Source: Raillietiella orientalis (taxonomy: Eukaryota). From it: a stretch of DNA of 64,000 nucleotides. Shown piece by piece: positions 1 to 13,200 of the stretch (position 1 is its first letter; every line of letters begins with the position of its first letter). A model generated the notes under the pieces. That model searched no databases and was not told the origin of the DNA. It was given only the letters and a program-made list of their open reading frames with translations. Location: NCBI GenBank assembly GCA_036172245.1, contig JAYWIR010000022.1:2790001-2854000 (forward strand). The letters are read 5' to 3'. Position numbers and translations under genes: made by a program.

Positions 1-3000
1 CGTGCATCACGGCATACGGGACGTGTCTGCTGGGTCCTCCGCCGGATGGATCTTACTGTCACGGATCGTCGGAAGGAACCGTTGCGACTGGAGAAAGCGC
101 CACGTCATCCTCCTCGGGAACCGGCCCCAAAAAGGATCTGCAACGCGCCTGGATGCTCTGCTCCCGTGATCCAGCACAAGGGCTGAGGATCGCCGATGGC
201 CTGCTCCGTCGAGAACCTTCCCTTCTGGATAGGACCAACTGTTTCCTTCCCGCGAAAGTTCTTCTCCGGTATCGGGTTTCCCCCCCTTCGCCTCATTCAC
301 CCCGACGTCATGGCACTGGTTCGCTTTCTCTGGGAGCGTTTCTTTGCGCCTTAGCGGAGCGCCTTTTTGGCGTCGCCGCTCTCGGCGGGCGTCGAAAGCT
401 CCGCTTCGACGCCCCCCGTCCCCGCTGTCCCAAGAGAGGCGCTCTCCCTCTCTCATTTCCTTCCGCAGCCGCGCCCCCGTTCAACCCGCCTTCCTGCTAC
501 CCGTCCCTGCCGCAGGCACTCTTTTCCTTGCTGGAACGAAGCCCACTTGGGACTTGGGCAACTTCCGCTCCCGGCTGCTTCCTCAAGGGACACGCCGCGA
601 GGAGCGCCGAAGAAGATACCTCTCCCCGGTCCTTCATCTCTCTCGAGCAGCCTGCGCACCGAGCGACGCGAGGGGCTGCCCGAGTTTCGATCTTGAGTGG
701 CCGAGAAGGTCGCGGTATGCGGCGAATAGGGACACTCCGCAAGACGCACCAACACCACTTCCTCTTCCTCTCCCCCGTTCCTGCGGTGCACTGCTGGCTT
801 CTTCGCAAGGGCGGAAGCTCCCGGATCTTGGGAGCTGTCCCGTCCAAGGCGCAGGGACCTCTTCCTGACCAGAAATGTCCAGCGTAGTGACGCGTGACAC
901 GCGATGCGAGAAAGAAAATCCCGCCGTGTGTCGCCTGGAAAAGGCCTGCGCCGAAGTGCCGAGAGGAGTCATTTCCCGCACCCCCCCACCCCTCACCACC
1001 ACCAGCGGAGCCGAGTTCTGCTCTCTCCGAAAGCAAGGCCGGACTGGAGCCTCCAAGCCTCCGCCAGGTGGTTCTCCGGCATCTCTGCAGCTCAAGGCGC
1101 CGCCGCTCCCAAGAGGGCAGTTCCGGTCTCGTGCCTGGGGCAAGCATCAGGGCTCCATCCTCTCTTTGCATCGCACGCGCACTCTTTGCAGCAGCACGGG
1201 GGGGGAGCGGCATCTTTGCGCACGCAGTGCAACCGGTGCGGAAAGTTCGTGACTAGGCAGGTGGATCCCTACGAGCACGTCCCCTCCACCACCCCCTGCT
1301 TGCGGTCTCTTTTCGCGAGGGCTAAAGAGAGGAAACGCGACCTCCCAGCGTTGCAACCGCTTTCTCCCCTTCTTTTTCCGACGACGGTTCCACCGCGCGG
1401 TGCTTCGCACATGTCGTTGCCGGATGCCGCGCGTCTCAGCGTGCAGGAACGGCGGCGGCGGCGGGCGGGTCTTCTCTTCCCTTTCCGTCCCGCGTTTTCA
1501 CGTAGGGGGCTCCCAGGGGCTCACTTTGCGTTCGGCTTGTTCTTGGGCCGGCGGTCAATCTTTGTTGCGGGAGCAGGCGCCCCGGAGCGGAGCCGCCCGC
1601 CGGTGGCGACGGGGGGCGCGGCTTCGACCGGCGCGACCTTCGTCCCCAAACGAATTCGGTCGTAGTGCTCGAAGGGTTGCCCGTAAATCCATCTCTCCCC
1701 CCTCCTCTCCTTCCCTTTAGTGGAATCAAATCCACTACCGGTCTGTCTTTACAGACGAAATCGGTGTGCAAGTGCAGAATCGTGTCTTCGGGTGTACAAA
1801 CAAGAAACAGTGTACAGATAGATTTGCATGAATCACGTGCGCTCGCCCCCTCGCTCGCGTCTCGAGCAGGCCCGAGGTGGTTCGTTAGGCGCAGCTGGGA
1901 GCCTCTGATTTGACGCTCCTGCGAGTGATGGCGCTCGGCGGAAACGTCTTCCTCGCAAGCAGCTCATTGCGCCCGAGGCGTGCCGAGCCGAGGGCCGAAG
2001 GCAGCTTCTGCGTCTCGGTCCTCCCTCGGGGACGCGCGCACGAACTCCCCCCTCCAAGCGGCGGCGGCAGAATGGGCTCCCCGAGTGGGCCCTCCTCTGG
2101 AAAGGTCTGGCCCCGCTTTCCAAAGAACTCGTCTTCGGGTCACCTGGGAAAATCGAGTTGCATGTCAGCAGGACTCTGCCCGGCGCGCGGACGTCCTCGT
2201 GAGCTGAGGGTCGCAGCAGCAGCACCGAAAGGGTTCGCGTTGCCGAAACGAAAGAGACTCCGAGGGAAGAACGGCCACGTGCAGATCCAAAGACCAAAAA
2301 AGAGCAGCAGCGGCAGGTAAGCTTGCCGTGCTTGTCCGCGGCTCTCGGCCGCAATCTGCGGGAGAAGGTCTGCGCTCTCTTGGGTCGGAGCTCAGCACTC
2401 CGAGGCCGGGCAGCTGCCCATTCGAAGATCGCGATGGCGCTCCGCTTTCCCAGAGGAACGAGCGGGCATCCCCTGATTTCTTTAAGGGCAGCCTACGCAT
2501 GCAACAATCAGAAATGACGGGAGGGGCCTGCGATAGGACAACGACAGCAGCCCCCCTCCCCCAGAATGGAACTAAACCCTTCGAGATTGCTTGGCCTGAG
2601 GCCGACATTCACGACCACCCCTCCATTTCAGAGGGGCCGCCAACCCGCAAAAATCGAACTCGACCTGCGCCTTTCGGTAGTCGCTCGAAAGGCAGACGCG
2701 CTGCGCTTCCTTCCTGGGTCCAGAGCGGGGGAGACGCAGCTCCGCGGGCAGTGCTCCTCGGGTACGGATGCGGAACGCAGAAGGTCCTGGAGGCCCGCAG
2801 CTGCTGACCGTGGACGCTGCAGAAACCACTCTGGTCCTGGTTCCAAGATGCCTTCTCCAAGAGGACCCACTCCCAGTATTGCATGACTAGTGGCATCAAA
2901 CGGGAGCTGCAGGAAGATCATAGCGGGATGGAAGTAAGTTGAGAGTCTGAGATACGCAGAGGGACAAGGACTGTGAGCTCTTTCTCTTCCTTTCTTCCTC

Positions 3001-4559
3001 CTTTCCTCCTCTTCCTCTTTTGCTCCCTTCCTCCTCTTTCCTTCCTCGAAAAATATGAACCTTCTCTCTCTTCTGCGCTCAGGAAGAGTTCGCACCGGAA
3101 AATCACCAAAGAGCAAAGCTATGGAAACTCTTCTTGTAGTGTCAGAATCCTGTTTTGGTTGTTCTGCTTCAGGAACCACTACGCGCCGGTTTTCACATCT
3201 TCGTCTATCTTCCGGCAAGGAGGAAGAGGAGGAGGTTCGAAGGTTCTCTGGCTTTCCGTGATGCACTTACGAGTTATCTCCAGCAGTCGGGATGAAAGTC
3301 TTCTCGAGCGGGACGCCTGGAAAATTCAAAAAGTTCTCAAAGCTCCGGAAGCGCAGAAGCAAGCCATCCTAAGATGTCTTGGAACGAGGACATTGCCCGA
3401 AAAAGAGGTCCTGAAAAGGCCTCTGGAGTTTGCTCCCTCGGCCGCGATTGGCTCCTTGGAGATAAAGAAATGGTCGGAACAATACTCTACCCTCCCCGTA
3501 CCCCAGCATTTTTGTAAGTGGGGCTGTAGGCAGCGAACGCACGGCGTCTCCTTGATCTTTGCTCCTCATTAATAACAGAAGCGGGCTCTTCAGTAGAGCG
3601 TTCATTCACAGATACCCTCATACGATCGCTGCTGTCAGGGCTGCTTTGCCGGTCGAGTAGTGACGAATCACTTGACAACGGCCGCTGGTTCGCGGAGGAT
3701 TTCCGAAAACTTGACAGCCGTCTGCTCGACTCCGCAGGACACTTGGTGGAAGTGTCCGAGCGAAGCGGCTGGTGTTTTCCGGGAGCTCCGATAGGGGAGT
3801 CACCGTCTTTCCGGCGAGCGGGAAAAAAACCGAAAAGGCGAAAAAAAGAAAACGGAGGGAGGAAACGAAACAAAAGATGTCAGGCTGGGGAAAATCGCCG
3901 TCCGCTTTCCCACCCCTGAATGATGGGAGGTAGCGGGTTGGGTCAGTGAGGTGGAGCGAGATCCTGGGTTTATCTGGAGATTTTGCGGCTATGGCGACGC
4001 AAAGGAGGAGAGGAACGCGAGCACCGGGAGTTCGAAAAGCTCCCCGAGGCGGCGCTTTCGGCAGCGGCCATGTTCTCGCTCCTCCGCTTTCCCCCCGTGC
4101 ACCGGCTTCCTCGAAGCACGCGCTCGCGAAAACGGCTCACGCTGTTGCGCAACGTCGCTGTCGCCGGAGGGCCCTACCGGGCGAGGGTTGGGAGAGAGAA
4201 GGAGAGAGCGTTTCGTAGCGAAACGGAAACGAGGGGTCCAAGCCGAGGATGCTGCTGCTGTGGATAACGGCGATCGTCGCGTGTTTGTTTGTTTTGCGGC
4301 GGAATAGCCGCAGAGATCTTTCGCGTGCGTGAGCGCGGGAACTTCCGTGTTGGGACGGTGGTGGCTTTCTGCCTTCTCGGCACGGGATGCTGCGTCAGGA
4401 ACGGAGAACGAGATTCAATTCCTCCCCGTTCCGTGGTGGAGAGATCTGCCTGTAATCGAGGGGAGGAGGCCCGCTCGTTGCTCGGGCTAATTGGGAACGA
4501 ACGAATGACGGCGGAGAGCACGGGAACTTTGGACCGGCTTCCCGTCTGCTCCTGCTGTT

Positions 4560-5000
4560 GACCTCACCCGGAGCGAACTTTGCCATCCAGCAGCCCGCGA
4601 ATCTTTTCGGCGCTCGCTCCTTGAACCTCGACAGAGAAACATCTGCGTTATAGCAGCAGGTCCCCAGAGCCTGTGGCAGCGCGGGACGACAGGATGGACG
4701 CAGCGGAACAGCCGCTGGTGTCAGTGCCGTAAGGCGCAGCTGTGCAGAACGCCATCCGTCGGGTCATTCGGGACTGCTCTTTTGAGGTCAGTTCTCTTCA
4801 TCGCCGGAGGGTACGGGACCGCAGGGAGACCGAACGGATCCCTACCCGTCGCATCACCAAAGGCGTTTTCCATGAGGGCGTGTCAGCTCGAGTCTTCGAA
4901 GGGGGACGCGCCCTCATGAAAGTCGCGATGCTCTCCTGGAAGCTCCTCCTTCTGTCGATGATGAAACCACAGGACTCTTCGCCGCTTTCTTAAGTCGGGA
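4560..5000 (-). mobile_element. Highly decayed RTE-like LINE reverse-transcriptase remnant
   Basis: Frameshifted minus-strand pieces EESCGF, GTDTSGCSAASILS and KIRGLL occur in the order of the RTE motifs PESQCGFR, GVRQGCVLAPTLF and IRELLFADD. Resemblance by eye only. Confidence 0.3.
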
Positions 5001-7280
5001 ACCGGTCACGGCGCGGCGATGGGCGACACCGCGAGCACTCGACAGGCGAAAGTGCAGGTGCGGATCGTTGCACTCAGGTCATTCCGCAGGGAAAGGTCCC
5101 AGACTGCGCGAAACCGGGGACAGTCCAAACCAGCGGTGGGCAACCCTGCTGTCGGTCCGCTGCCGCAGAAAGGCCGGAGCCACGGCTGGGGTCGGGAGTG
5201 ACTGCCCCGTGGTGGTGAAGGCAACGAAGCGCGCTGCCAGGGTGCTTCGTCGCCGAAGGGAGAAAGGGGAGGTTCCGAAGACGCGATGACCACCCTTTCG
5301 TCTTTCCGGAGCTCGTCGGGGTGCTGTCCGCGAGAGTCGTTGGAACGTCTCTGCGTCCGCCGCGACCGCATTCTTTTTCGAACGGCACGCGCGCGTTCGC
5401 TGCGGACGGTGGCGCCTCTCCTGTGCCGAGAAGCACCACCACATGGCGAGGAGCTGTACGCACGCACCCAACAAAATCGCGCACGACCGTGCGTGCGTTC
5501 CTCTAGAAGCAGGCCTTTGCACACGTCGGTGCGCACGTACGCAGACACGTTTGCGTGGATGACGACGTCACGCTGGCCGCTCGTCTCTTTGGTTTCCATT
5601 TCCACGGATGGCGTCGTCCGAAGCAGCCAATCCCTTCGGAGCGTGTACGCAGATACGTTTGTACACAGTGGCTGTCGTGTCGTCGGTCGAAGCACCCGCA
5701 AGTGGCAGGCAGAGAGCACCACGTTCTCGCGACGCTTCCCGAATTTTTGTTGGGTCCCTCCAAATTGCGTCTGGGAAGCCATCGGGTGGAGAAGAACGCT
5801 TGCTGCCGTTTGGGAGAACCTTCTAGAGGAGCAGCTGCACAAGGATAACGCCGCGTTTGAAGGCTTGCGTTTCCATTGGTTAGCAAGAGTGACGTAAGGC
5901 GCTGCGTTCGACAGGCTGACACTTCGTTAAGCATCCGGATTGATGGCTACTTGCGAGGTGTAGCATCCACCTGAGACCCGCAAACCGCATGCGGCCCGTT
6001 GCGACAAAACCGTTGCCCATCGCTGCCCACTGAAACGGTTGAAGATTTTCACTTGGGGGCTTCTGATTGGGGGGAGGAAATAAACTCTGCGACCGCATCC
6101 GAAGGCACGGGCAGCTGGGACAACATCCGCCACAGGTTTCGCGGAGACACCCGCTCAGAGGAAACGAGGTACCGGAAAAGGAGCAAGGAAGGGTTAGGGA
6201 GAGAGGGGGGGGGGAGCACGTGGCGGTTTCAAATCTTTAGCGGCTCCTGGAGAGATCAAGAGATATCCTGCGTTCGCCGCCAGCGGATGTGGAAACATCT
6301 GCTGCCGGGACCGTCTCAAAGGCTGTTTCGCCCGCAACTGGCTAAGAGGCGGTCAGTAGCCTGGAAAAGCTCGAAGTTTTCCTTCCTATTCTGGCTGGCC
6401 TGCCACAGATCCCGAGTGGATCGTCCCCTCTGGCGGATGATCAGAGGTGCAGGAAGCACTGCGCAGGATGGAGCGTTCAGTATCTGGAGACGACAACGCA
6501 TGCAGGTGGGCAAGGATCAAACAGCACGGCAGCCTCGGTGCTTCAGAGATAAGATTTCCCTCTCTGGCCTCCAGTGTCGCGTGGCATCCTGCTGGAAGAC
6601 TGCGAGGAGGTGGTTGGGATCTCCCAGCCACCGATGGGGCGACGGCGGAGGGTCACAGGAAGGCTGGGGATCTTCACCGCAGAAACCTCGCAGGATGAGA
6701 TCCGGATGAGCTCCTTCGCTGTAGGCTGCCGGAGGTCGGAAACTGCCCCTTCGTGCCCGAAACCCCAGGAGGCCGAATTCCAGTGAGGTTGGCAAACAAG
6801 AAAGGAAAAAAGGGAAAAGAGTCGGTCGATGTGGAAAGATCCATCGCCTCCCTCCCGTCTCCAGTCGAGTATGGGCACCGAATCCGGTATCCCTGCCACT
6901 CTGCGCCCACGGCTCACCGGGACGACCGGAGGGGAGCCCGAGAGAGGCTGATAAGTGCGCTGCAGTGCCGATGGAGAGGCGAGACGTCGAGGGCGCGGCG
7001 CTTTCCTTCACCTCCGTTCGGCGGCAGCCCTGAGGCGTCTCCGTTCCGCAGAAAGGGGGGGGGGGAGGGAAGGCGCGCCGGCGCACCTTCGGACCGAGCC
7101 GGGCAACTCCGGACGTTTTTCCGCGCTTCTCAAGGCTTTTCCGTTCGTGAGAACGCGCCAGCGTCGTCCGGAGGGATTCGGGGCTCCACAGGAAGGCTCG
7201 TTCGCGGTTGGAGTCGAACGGGAGCTACGGGAGAACCATAGGGAAGGAGGGAGGGAAGAAACTTTCGCACCCGCGTCGGC

Positions 7281-7347
7281 GGCCGCGTGGCTGCGGCGGT
7301 TTCTGCGCACGGCGCCGAGCGTCGCGGGTTCGAATCCCTCCCGGGGA
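7281..7347 (+). repeat. tRNA-like Pol III promoter head (possible tRNA-derived SINE or tRNA pseudogene)
   Basis: Exact B box GGTTCGAATCC in a T-arm-like stem at 7326-7338, with a degenerate A box TGGCTGCGGCGG ~40 nt upstream. No complete cloverleaf. Confidence 0.4.
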
Positions 7348-8129
7348 AGTATCGACGCCGAGAAAGGATGGAGGAAAGCTGGAGATCCGAGAGGCACTGA
7401 GGCAGCAAGGCCATACCGAGCATTCCTCCTCCTCCTTCCTTATTCCTCCTTCTCAAGGGGAGAGCAGGATCTCAGGACATGCAAGCGTCGTTTCCGAGAG
7501 ATGCCAGCACACGCAGCGAGCGCCCGTTGGCGAGAGAACATATCGCCTCAGGCTTCGTTCGGTTCTTCCGGGTGCCCGTGGACCTCTGGCAGTGTTGCCA
7601 TTAATCGAGTCCATCCTTGTTTTGTTTTCGCTTCTCCTGGAAAACTTGGCCTAACTGGTAATGAAGATTCCGAAAAGATCTCATCGGAGAGGGAACAGAC
7701 GAGCTCACTGGAGGAAGGAGGAGGGAGGGGGGAAGGGAGCACGGAAGAAGCGCCGAGACGAGGGGCGCGTCAGGATGTCTCTTGACACGCGTGATTTTCG
7801 TCATCCGAAGAATCCTCGCTCGGGAAAAGTCGGAAGGGACGTGCCCAATTCGCTTGTGAACTGACGAATTCCGGATGCAGGTCGCGCGAGCCAAGTTTAT
7901 TGCTAATTTGGGGGATCTCGCTTTGGGAGGGAGGGGGGGCGGATGCGTTCGCCTCGGCTGCGAATGGCGCGAAGCGCCGAGGGTCAGTTCCAGGGTTGTC
8001 ACCTGATGAGTTCCCACCCTCTGCCAGAAACAGACAAGGGGACTTCACCGGGGAACCGAAAATCGTCGGAGATGGGTGGGTGGATGATCCACGGTCGAAG
8101 AAGTCAGTCGGATGTCGCGAGACCTCTCG

Positions 8130-8223
8130 AGAGCGCTTCGCACGTTCACAAGAATCCTCGAGAAAGCAAGAAAGCTTCGCGGGAACTGATACAGGCCGAG
8201 TTCGAGCTCGCTTCGCTCTGACC
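8130..8223 (+). repeat. 94-bp direct repeat, copy 1 (copy 2 at 9479-9572)
   Basis: Manual alignment gives 7 mismatches in 94 bp and no gaps. Confidence 0.9.
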
Positions 8224-9046
8224 CGAGGCTCGCCCGAAATTTGCGAGCTCTCCTTGAGGTCAGCAAGCGCTCGTACGAGCAATGATGTTCGCGGAGCCAG
8301 CGGAGCGCTTCGTCTTTTCGGACTCTCTGGGGTGTGGGAACCGGCCCTGGCACCTTGAATTCTGCGCGACGAGTGTGTTGCTGTCAGATTCTTCTTCGGC
8401 GAGAAACTTCCGCGTCCGGCCAAGAGTGTCGCTTCAGGGGCGCGTTCTTCGCAGCACCACTGTCTCCGTGGACGCGTTTACCCAGAGCCATTTTAGCGAA
8501 GTCTTTCGAAGCAGTGTCGATTTGGAAGCGGACACGAAATTAAAACACACACACAAACATGCACAAGAGCGATGCGTTAAGACGCAGGGGTCCTGTTCTC
8601 TCGTGTGAGATACCCCTGCTAGCAACCAACCACAGAAATGCACGGAGTCGTTCTGCATGCGAATATCCCCCCTCATGGGATTGTTCGACACGCAAGGAGA
8701 GATTCCCTGAAAGCACGAAAGGAACTTCCCGTTTGGCTCCCATGGGCATCAGGAGGTCGTGGGACGAGCAGGTGCTCGCAGCATGGACTCGGCCGGCCGG
8801 TCGGATGTGCCTCGAGGCCAAGGGAGGACGCGAGAAAGACGGCTGCCACTCTGGACGTCGGAACAAAGATCACGGAGGTTTGGCAGGAGAGGGCTTCGAT
8901 TCGACTGGTTGTGAAGGCACCCTCAAAGCGGAAGGAAAGAAGGGCAGTCATCAGGAGCAGTCAGCCTGTTCGAGAACGGCTTCTCCCCCTTTTTTATTTT
9001 CATCCGGTCACGCCAGAGGGCGTTTATCATAAAAACTGTTTACAAA

Positions 9047-9065
9047 ACACACACACACACACACA
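9047..9065. repeat. (AC)9 microsatellite
   Basis: Read directly from the sequence. Confidence 0.85.
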
Positions 9066-9399
9066 GTCATATACAAGATGAAAAATATCTTTCTTCGTAT
9101 TGGTTTCACATGACCACGACGAACAGAAATGCCTCGGAGGCTCTGCTTCCCCGATGAGCTCTGGGGAAGAGGTAAACAAAAGCAAAAGCAAAACAACAAC
9201 GAAAGTTCAGTCTAAAAATGTGCTAAGGGAAAAAAAGGAGGGATCACAGTTTCTTCCTGGAGTCCTCAGCATCCTCTGGAGCAAATTCCTCCTTCTGTTG
9301 GCAGAAATGTGGTCACCTTGTCGCCTTCCTCGTGAAGAAGCAGACGATTGGGATGACCTCACTGTTCGACCGGCTTCTTTCGGCTCATTGGGATCGTCG

Positions 9400-10270
9400 C
9401 GGCTTCTCACCGCCACGATCCCACGAAAGCAGCACGGAGCAGCAAGGGATGCTGTAGGAGACATCGATTCGCGAGCGAAGAGCGCTTCGCACGTCCACAA
9501 GAATCCTCGAGAAAGCAAGAAAATTTCGCGGGAACTGCTACAGGCCGAGTTCGAGCTTGGTTCGCGCTGACCTCTCCGCTGTTGTCCATCGGGAGTGGAA
9601 GGGTCGCAGCGAAGCGTTCTTGGACACTTTTCCCCTTTCTAAAGCATGCGATTCCCGCAAGGCGCAGGCAGGTGATGAGAAGGTGAGGTTCGAGGACGTC
9701 AAGTTAGGTGCCTGGAACAGGCCGTTGGTGGCTTCTCAACAGCCATCGGTCACTCTGGATAGTCTTCATACCAGCAGAGGGCAAAACAGAAGGAAAAGCA
9801 GCGAGGAAGCAGTGAAACTTTCCACGGTTCTTCCGGACAAGAGAAATGGTTTGATCCAGGGAACTCAAGAAGCCTACCAGAATCCAGGACATGAGTGACG
9901 CGGGTCTGACCCATTCTAATCTCCAAAGAATTTCCAGCCAGGTGAGGGTCGGCGGAGTCGACCACACCTACTCTTGGACTGCGGTGCCCTCCAGGAACTG
10001 TGGAGGAGGCTGGCTGACTGCGGCACTCCTGCACCAGGACACCGCCCGCGACCCGCTGCGGCAGTTTTTCTCTCCCGAATGGACTGTCGACCGGTTCAGC
10101 CATTGCGACGACGGAGCACTGCGTGAGCGCCATCGTATCACGGCTGGTCATGTGAGCGAGACGCAGACGCAGCGAAGGGAGGTCACTGCGAAGGCAGGCG
10201 CCTACGCGAGGGCGGCTGCAAAGCGGCCTCATCTGGAAGAGGTAGCGAAGACGGAAATCGCCGGCGTCCA
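9400..10270 (+). mobile_element. Decayed LINE remnant (RT-like, possibly followed by an RNase H-like region)
   Basis: Pieces RILEK, LLQAEF and AFLDTFPLSKACDS resemble RT motifs KILEK, QAGFR and FLDLSKAFDS. Downstream WTAVPSR and RITAGH resemble WVPSH and RLRTGH of RNase H-bearing LINEs. Motif resemblance only. Confidence 0.3.
9479..9572 (+). repeat. 94-bp direct repeat, copy 2
   Basis: AGAGCGCTTCGCACG...GCTGACC, ~93% identical to 8130-8223. Confidence 0.9.
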
Positions 10271-13200
10271 TCGCCAGTTCCGAAAAAAAGGAGCGGCCGA
10301 CACCGGCAGCCATTTGTCCCCATCCTCCATTTATTCGTTCATTTTGTCCCCTCTCATTCGCTCCAGGTCTTTCCCGATTATTTTTCTTTTCTCAAGAAGG
10401 AGAACCCTTGCCCCATCCCTCTCGTGTTTCCACATTCATTAGCTGTGCCCTCCCTTCCGTTCCCTATTTTTAGACTTCCCGACTTGAGTGTGGGCGGACC
10501 CTCCCCTTGAACTTCTTTTTCTTCGGTTGGAACCAGCGTGTTCCCAAGTGGTTTATCTTTTATTAATTACCCCCTCTCCCCCGGCGGCATCGGGTGAAGA
10601 ACTTCCAGAGAAAAATCTCCAAAGAATTGGAGTGTGGCACCGAGGGTGCTATTGCTCACGTTTGCCTCCCTTCAAGACAGTGACAGTAGCCATGTTCGAA
10701 ACTGGTCGAAGAATTGCAAGCCGATTCGAATATTCGCGGAAGCTGCCAGGAGGCAGCGCGCGAGTCCAAAGTTCGGAAGCCGCCTGTCCAAAGTCCGGCG
10801 GGAGCTCTCCTCGGAACGGACGCCGGAGGGCGAGATGCCCGTCGTCTCCGGGAGCACCCTCTGGCAGCGCGGTCCCGCAATCCCGGGCTGGCCGACGTGC
10901 CAACCTCCGAGGGAGAAGCGAACCGTGGATGGAATCGGGGAGGGGGGGGGAGGTTGTTCTTTCAGGGAGGAGACGGGAGTGCGCCGGAGCCGAGGCGAGC
11001 GTGCGTCTCCCTGGCTCGGAGGCGCGCTTTCGCCCGTTTGAGTTGACCGGCTCGCTCCGGATTCCGAACGGGCGGGGCTTCGCCCGCGGCAGCGAGAGTC
11101 GCCGCTTGTGGCGCCGCTCGAGCTCACCTCTCGGAGACGGTGGCCCGGTTCTTGCTCGACGGCGGTCGAGTGCCGCCCCGTTCCGAGTGTCGGACGTGGC
11201 GCCGAAGCAACCGCGGACTCTCTCCTCGGTACGAGCGGTCTGTCCTTTTCCTTTTGGTTCCCTAGAGCGTCTCTATTTCTCACGCACGTGTTTTGGATTG
11301 GCATTCCATCGAATTGCAGGGCCCTCGGGAACAGCACGGCCAGGGGCGCTTCTATTTTTGCAAGAAACTCGGAGGCAAACACGTGCTTCTTGTCTTGAGG
11401 TAAAACCTGGGGCGAATTATATGAGGCTTTTTACACGAAAATCCATCCGCTGCGAAGCTCAGCCTCCGTGACCTTTCCGATAGATCGACCAATGAAAGGT
11501 TTTGTTCACTGAGATTTTTTCTTTTTTTTCCCCTTTGGGGAACAACTTTCGCATTCACCGGGTGTAGAGTTTTCCACTCTTGGAACGACGTGCCAAATAA
11601 GTTGATGTTGGAAACGTAGAAGCGATTTAAATGACCAGTGTTTCAAGGTCAGAATCGCAAAAAAATAAAATAAAATAAACGCCTTCTAGTATGCACAACG
11701 TTTCCTAGAATTCCTTAGATCTCAGGCTAGGAGCGAGCTCGTAGCAAATGTTAAAATTTTTGGCATCTGCTTCGACAACAGCCGGTACCGGATCATCAGT
11801 CAATGAGACCGAGCTTCTTGATCGGTCGTTGCAATTTCCTGCTCCAAACGGAACAGTTTTTCGTCAAAAGTTTCTATGGAACCAAATGACAGAAAGGAGA
11901 ACGTAACCAAGTGTGGAAGATGGCAAGGTTTGACAAAGGAGAAAATCCCTATCCGACGGTTGAGAATTTTCTGCTTATTCAGAAAGAATCTCTTCATCCT
12001 CTTCGTGACGTTTGCACGTAAACGAGCTTTACGCTGAACGATGCTTTAAAGCGGTCAGAAGTGTATCAGTATTCTCCGGATACGGCTCCAATGGAGCTTC
12101 CAGACACTGCCAGATGGAAAGATAGGACAGGAAACTACACAGGATCATTTAATTCGAGAAGATTGAGAAGGCAGTGGAAATCACGACGAAGGAAGCAACA
12201 GTTCTCGACTCTAATGATCGTTCATTCTTTCCTCCGCTGCACCGATGGCACGAAAACTCAACCGCCTCATTCCTCACAACAGAATTTTTGTGGTTGCCGC
12301 TCATGGATCCAAAGTACCTCCGCCACTCCAAGCCATTACCCCGTCAACTTTCTTCTACAGAAAGAGACGTAACAGAAAACGAAAACCAAAGTTACTTCCT
12401 GTAGATAAAAAAGCTTGCAGCAGTAAAAAAAAAATTAAGGAAGTATTGGAAATTTCTGTAATTCTGTTTACAACTGACAGTTCGGTTTCATTTCAGCAGT
12501 CTTGAGCTCGGTCGCCTGCCTTTCATTTCTGTCAGTCGCCACTCGGCGGTCTAAAGGTTGCGTTCTAACGGGAGTCTTTCGACTTCATTTTCTTTTTGGG
12601 TAGCAATGATCCATTTATATTCCAGGCAAATGATGAAGACATAGCTGCAAGCAAGCAGCATTTCAGGGAAAATTGTCTCGAAAATAGTTTGTCACTGCTA
12701 GAGTATAACATGGGACTGAAAGGGCTTTTTGTCTTTGACTTTGTACATCTTGTGCAGGCTCTTGAGATGAAACTAAAGATATTCAGAATGCAACAAACTA
12801 TGGAGGAACTAAAATGGAGCTAAAATCACTGTATTTCAGAAAACTTTGAACTTTCAAACGTTCAAACGGTAAATGTAGAGTTTTACATGTTAGTATGTCG
12901 ATCAATCGGTGTCATCTATCTATCTAGGACGATACTGTTCATGTATCTAACCTGTTAATGATTTCATATATCGGCCAAAAAAACTCGTCCTTTGCCGATT
13001 TCATTTTTTTTACAGATTCCAATTTACTGAACCTTGGATTCTACTCTCTGATTGTGCGAATAAGAGCATGAAAGACTTCCTTGAATAGCTAAAGACCATG
13101 TGCTTATTTTGGCGAATCTTCATCTTTGCTGCTACTCCCTTGCTTTAATAACTTTTTTAGGGTGATGGTGTGTCACATAGAATTCTTTTTTCATTAGTGG

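Noticed and set aside
5538..5662. Short direct repeat GTACGCAGAYACGTTTG as a CRISPR-like array
   Set aside because: Only two copies, in low-complexity eukaryotic DNA, with no cas genes.
11069..11086. GC hairpin CGGGCG-GGGCTT-CGCCCG as a Helitron 3' end
   Set aside because: No CTRR terminus at the expected distance, and such hairpins are common at this GC level.
1..11500. Dozens of 100-330 aa ORFs in all six frames
   Set aside because: They overlap on both strands, are R/S/G/P/A-rich, and show no host-protein motifs or exon structure. This is expected from stop-codon scarcity at high GC.
11300..12500. GC-rich flanks as bacterial contamination or a chimeric join
   Set aside because: Transitions are gradual, there are no operon-like genes, and the flanks contain microsatellites and eukaryotic TE-like remnants. 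Not formally excluded without read data.
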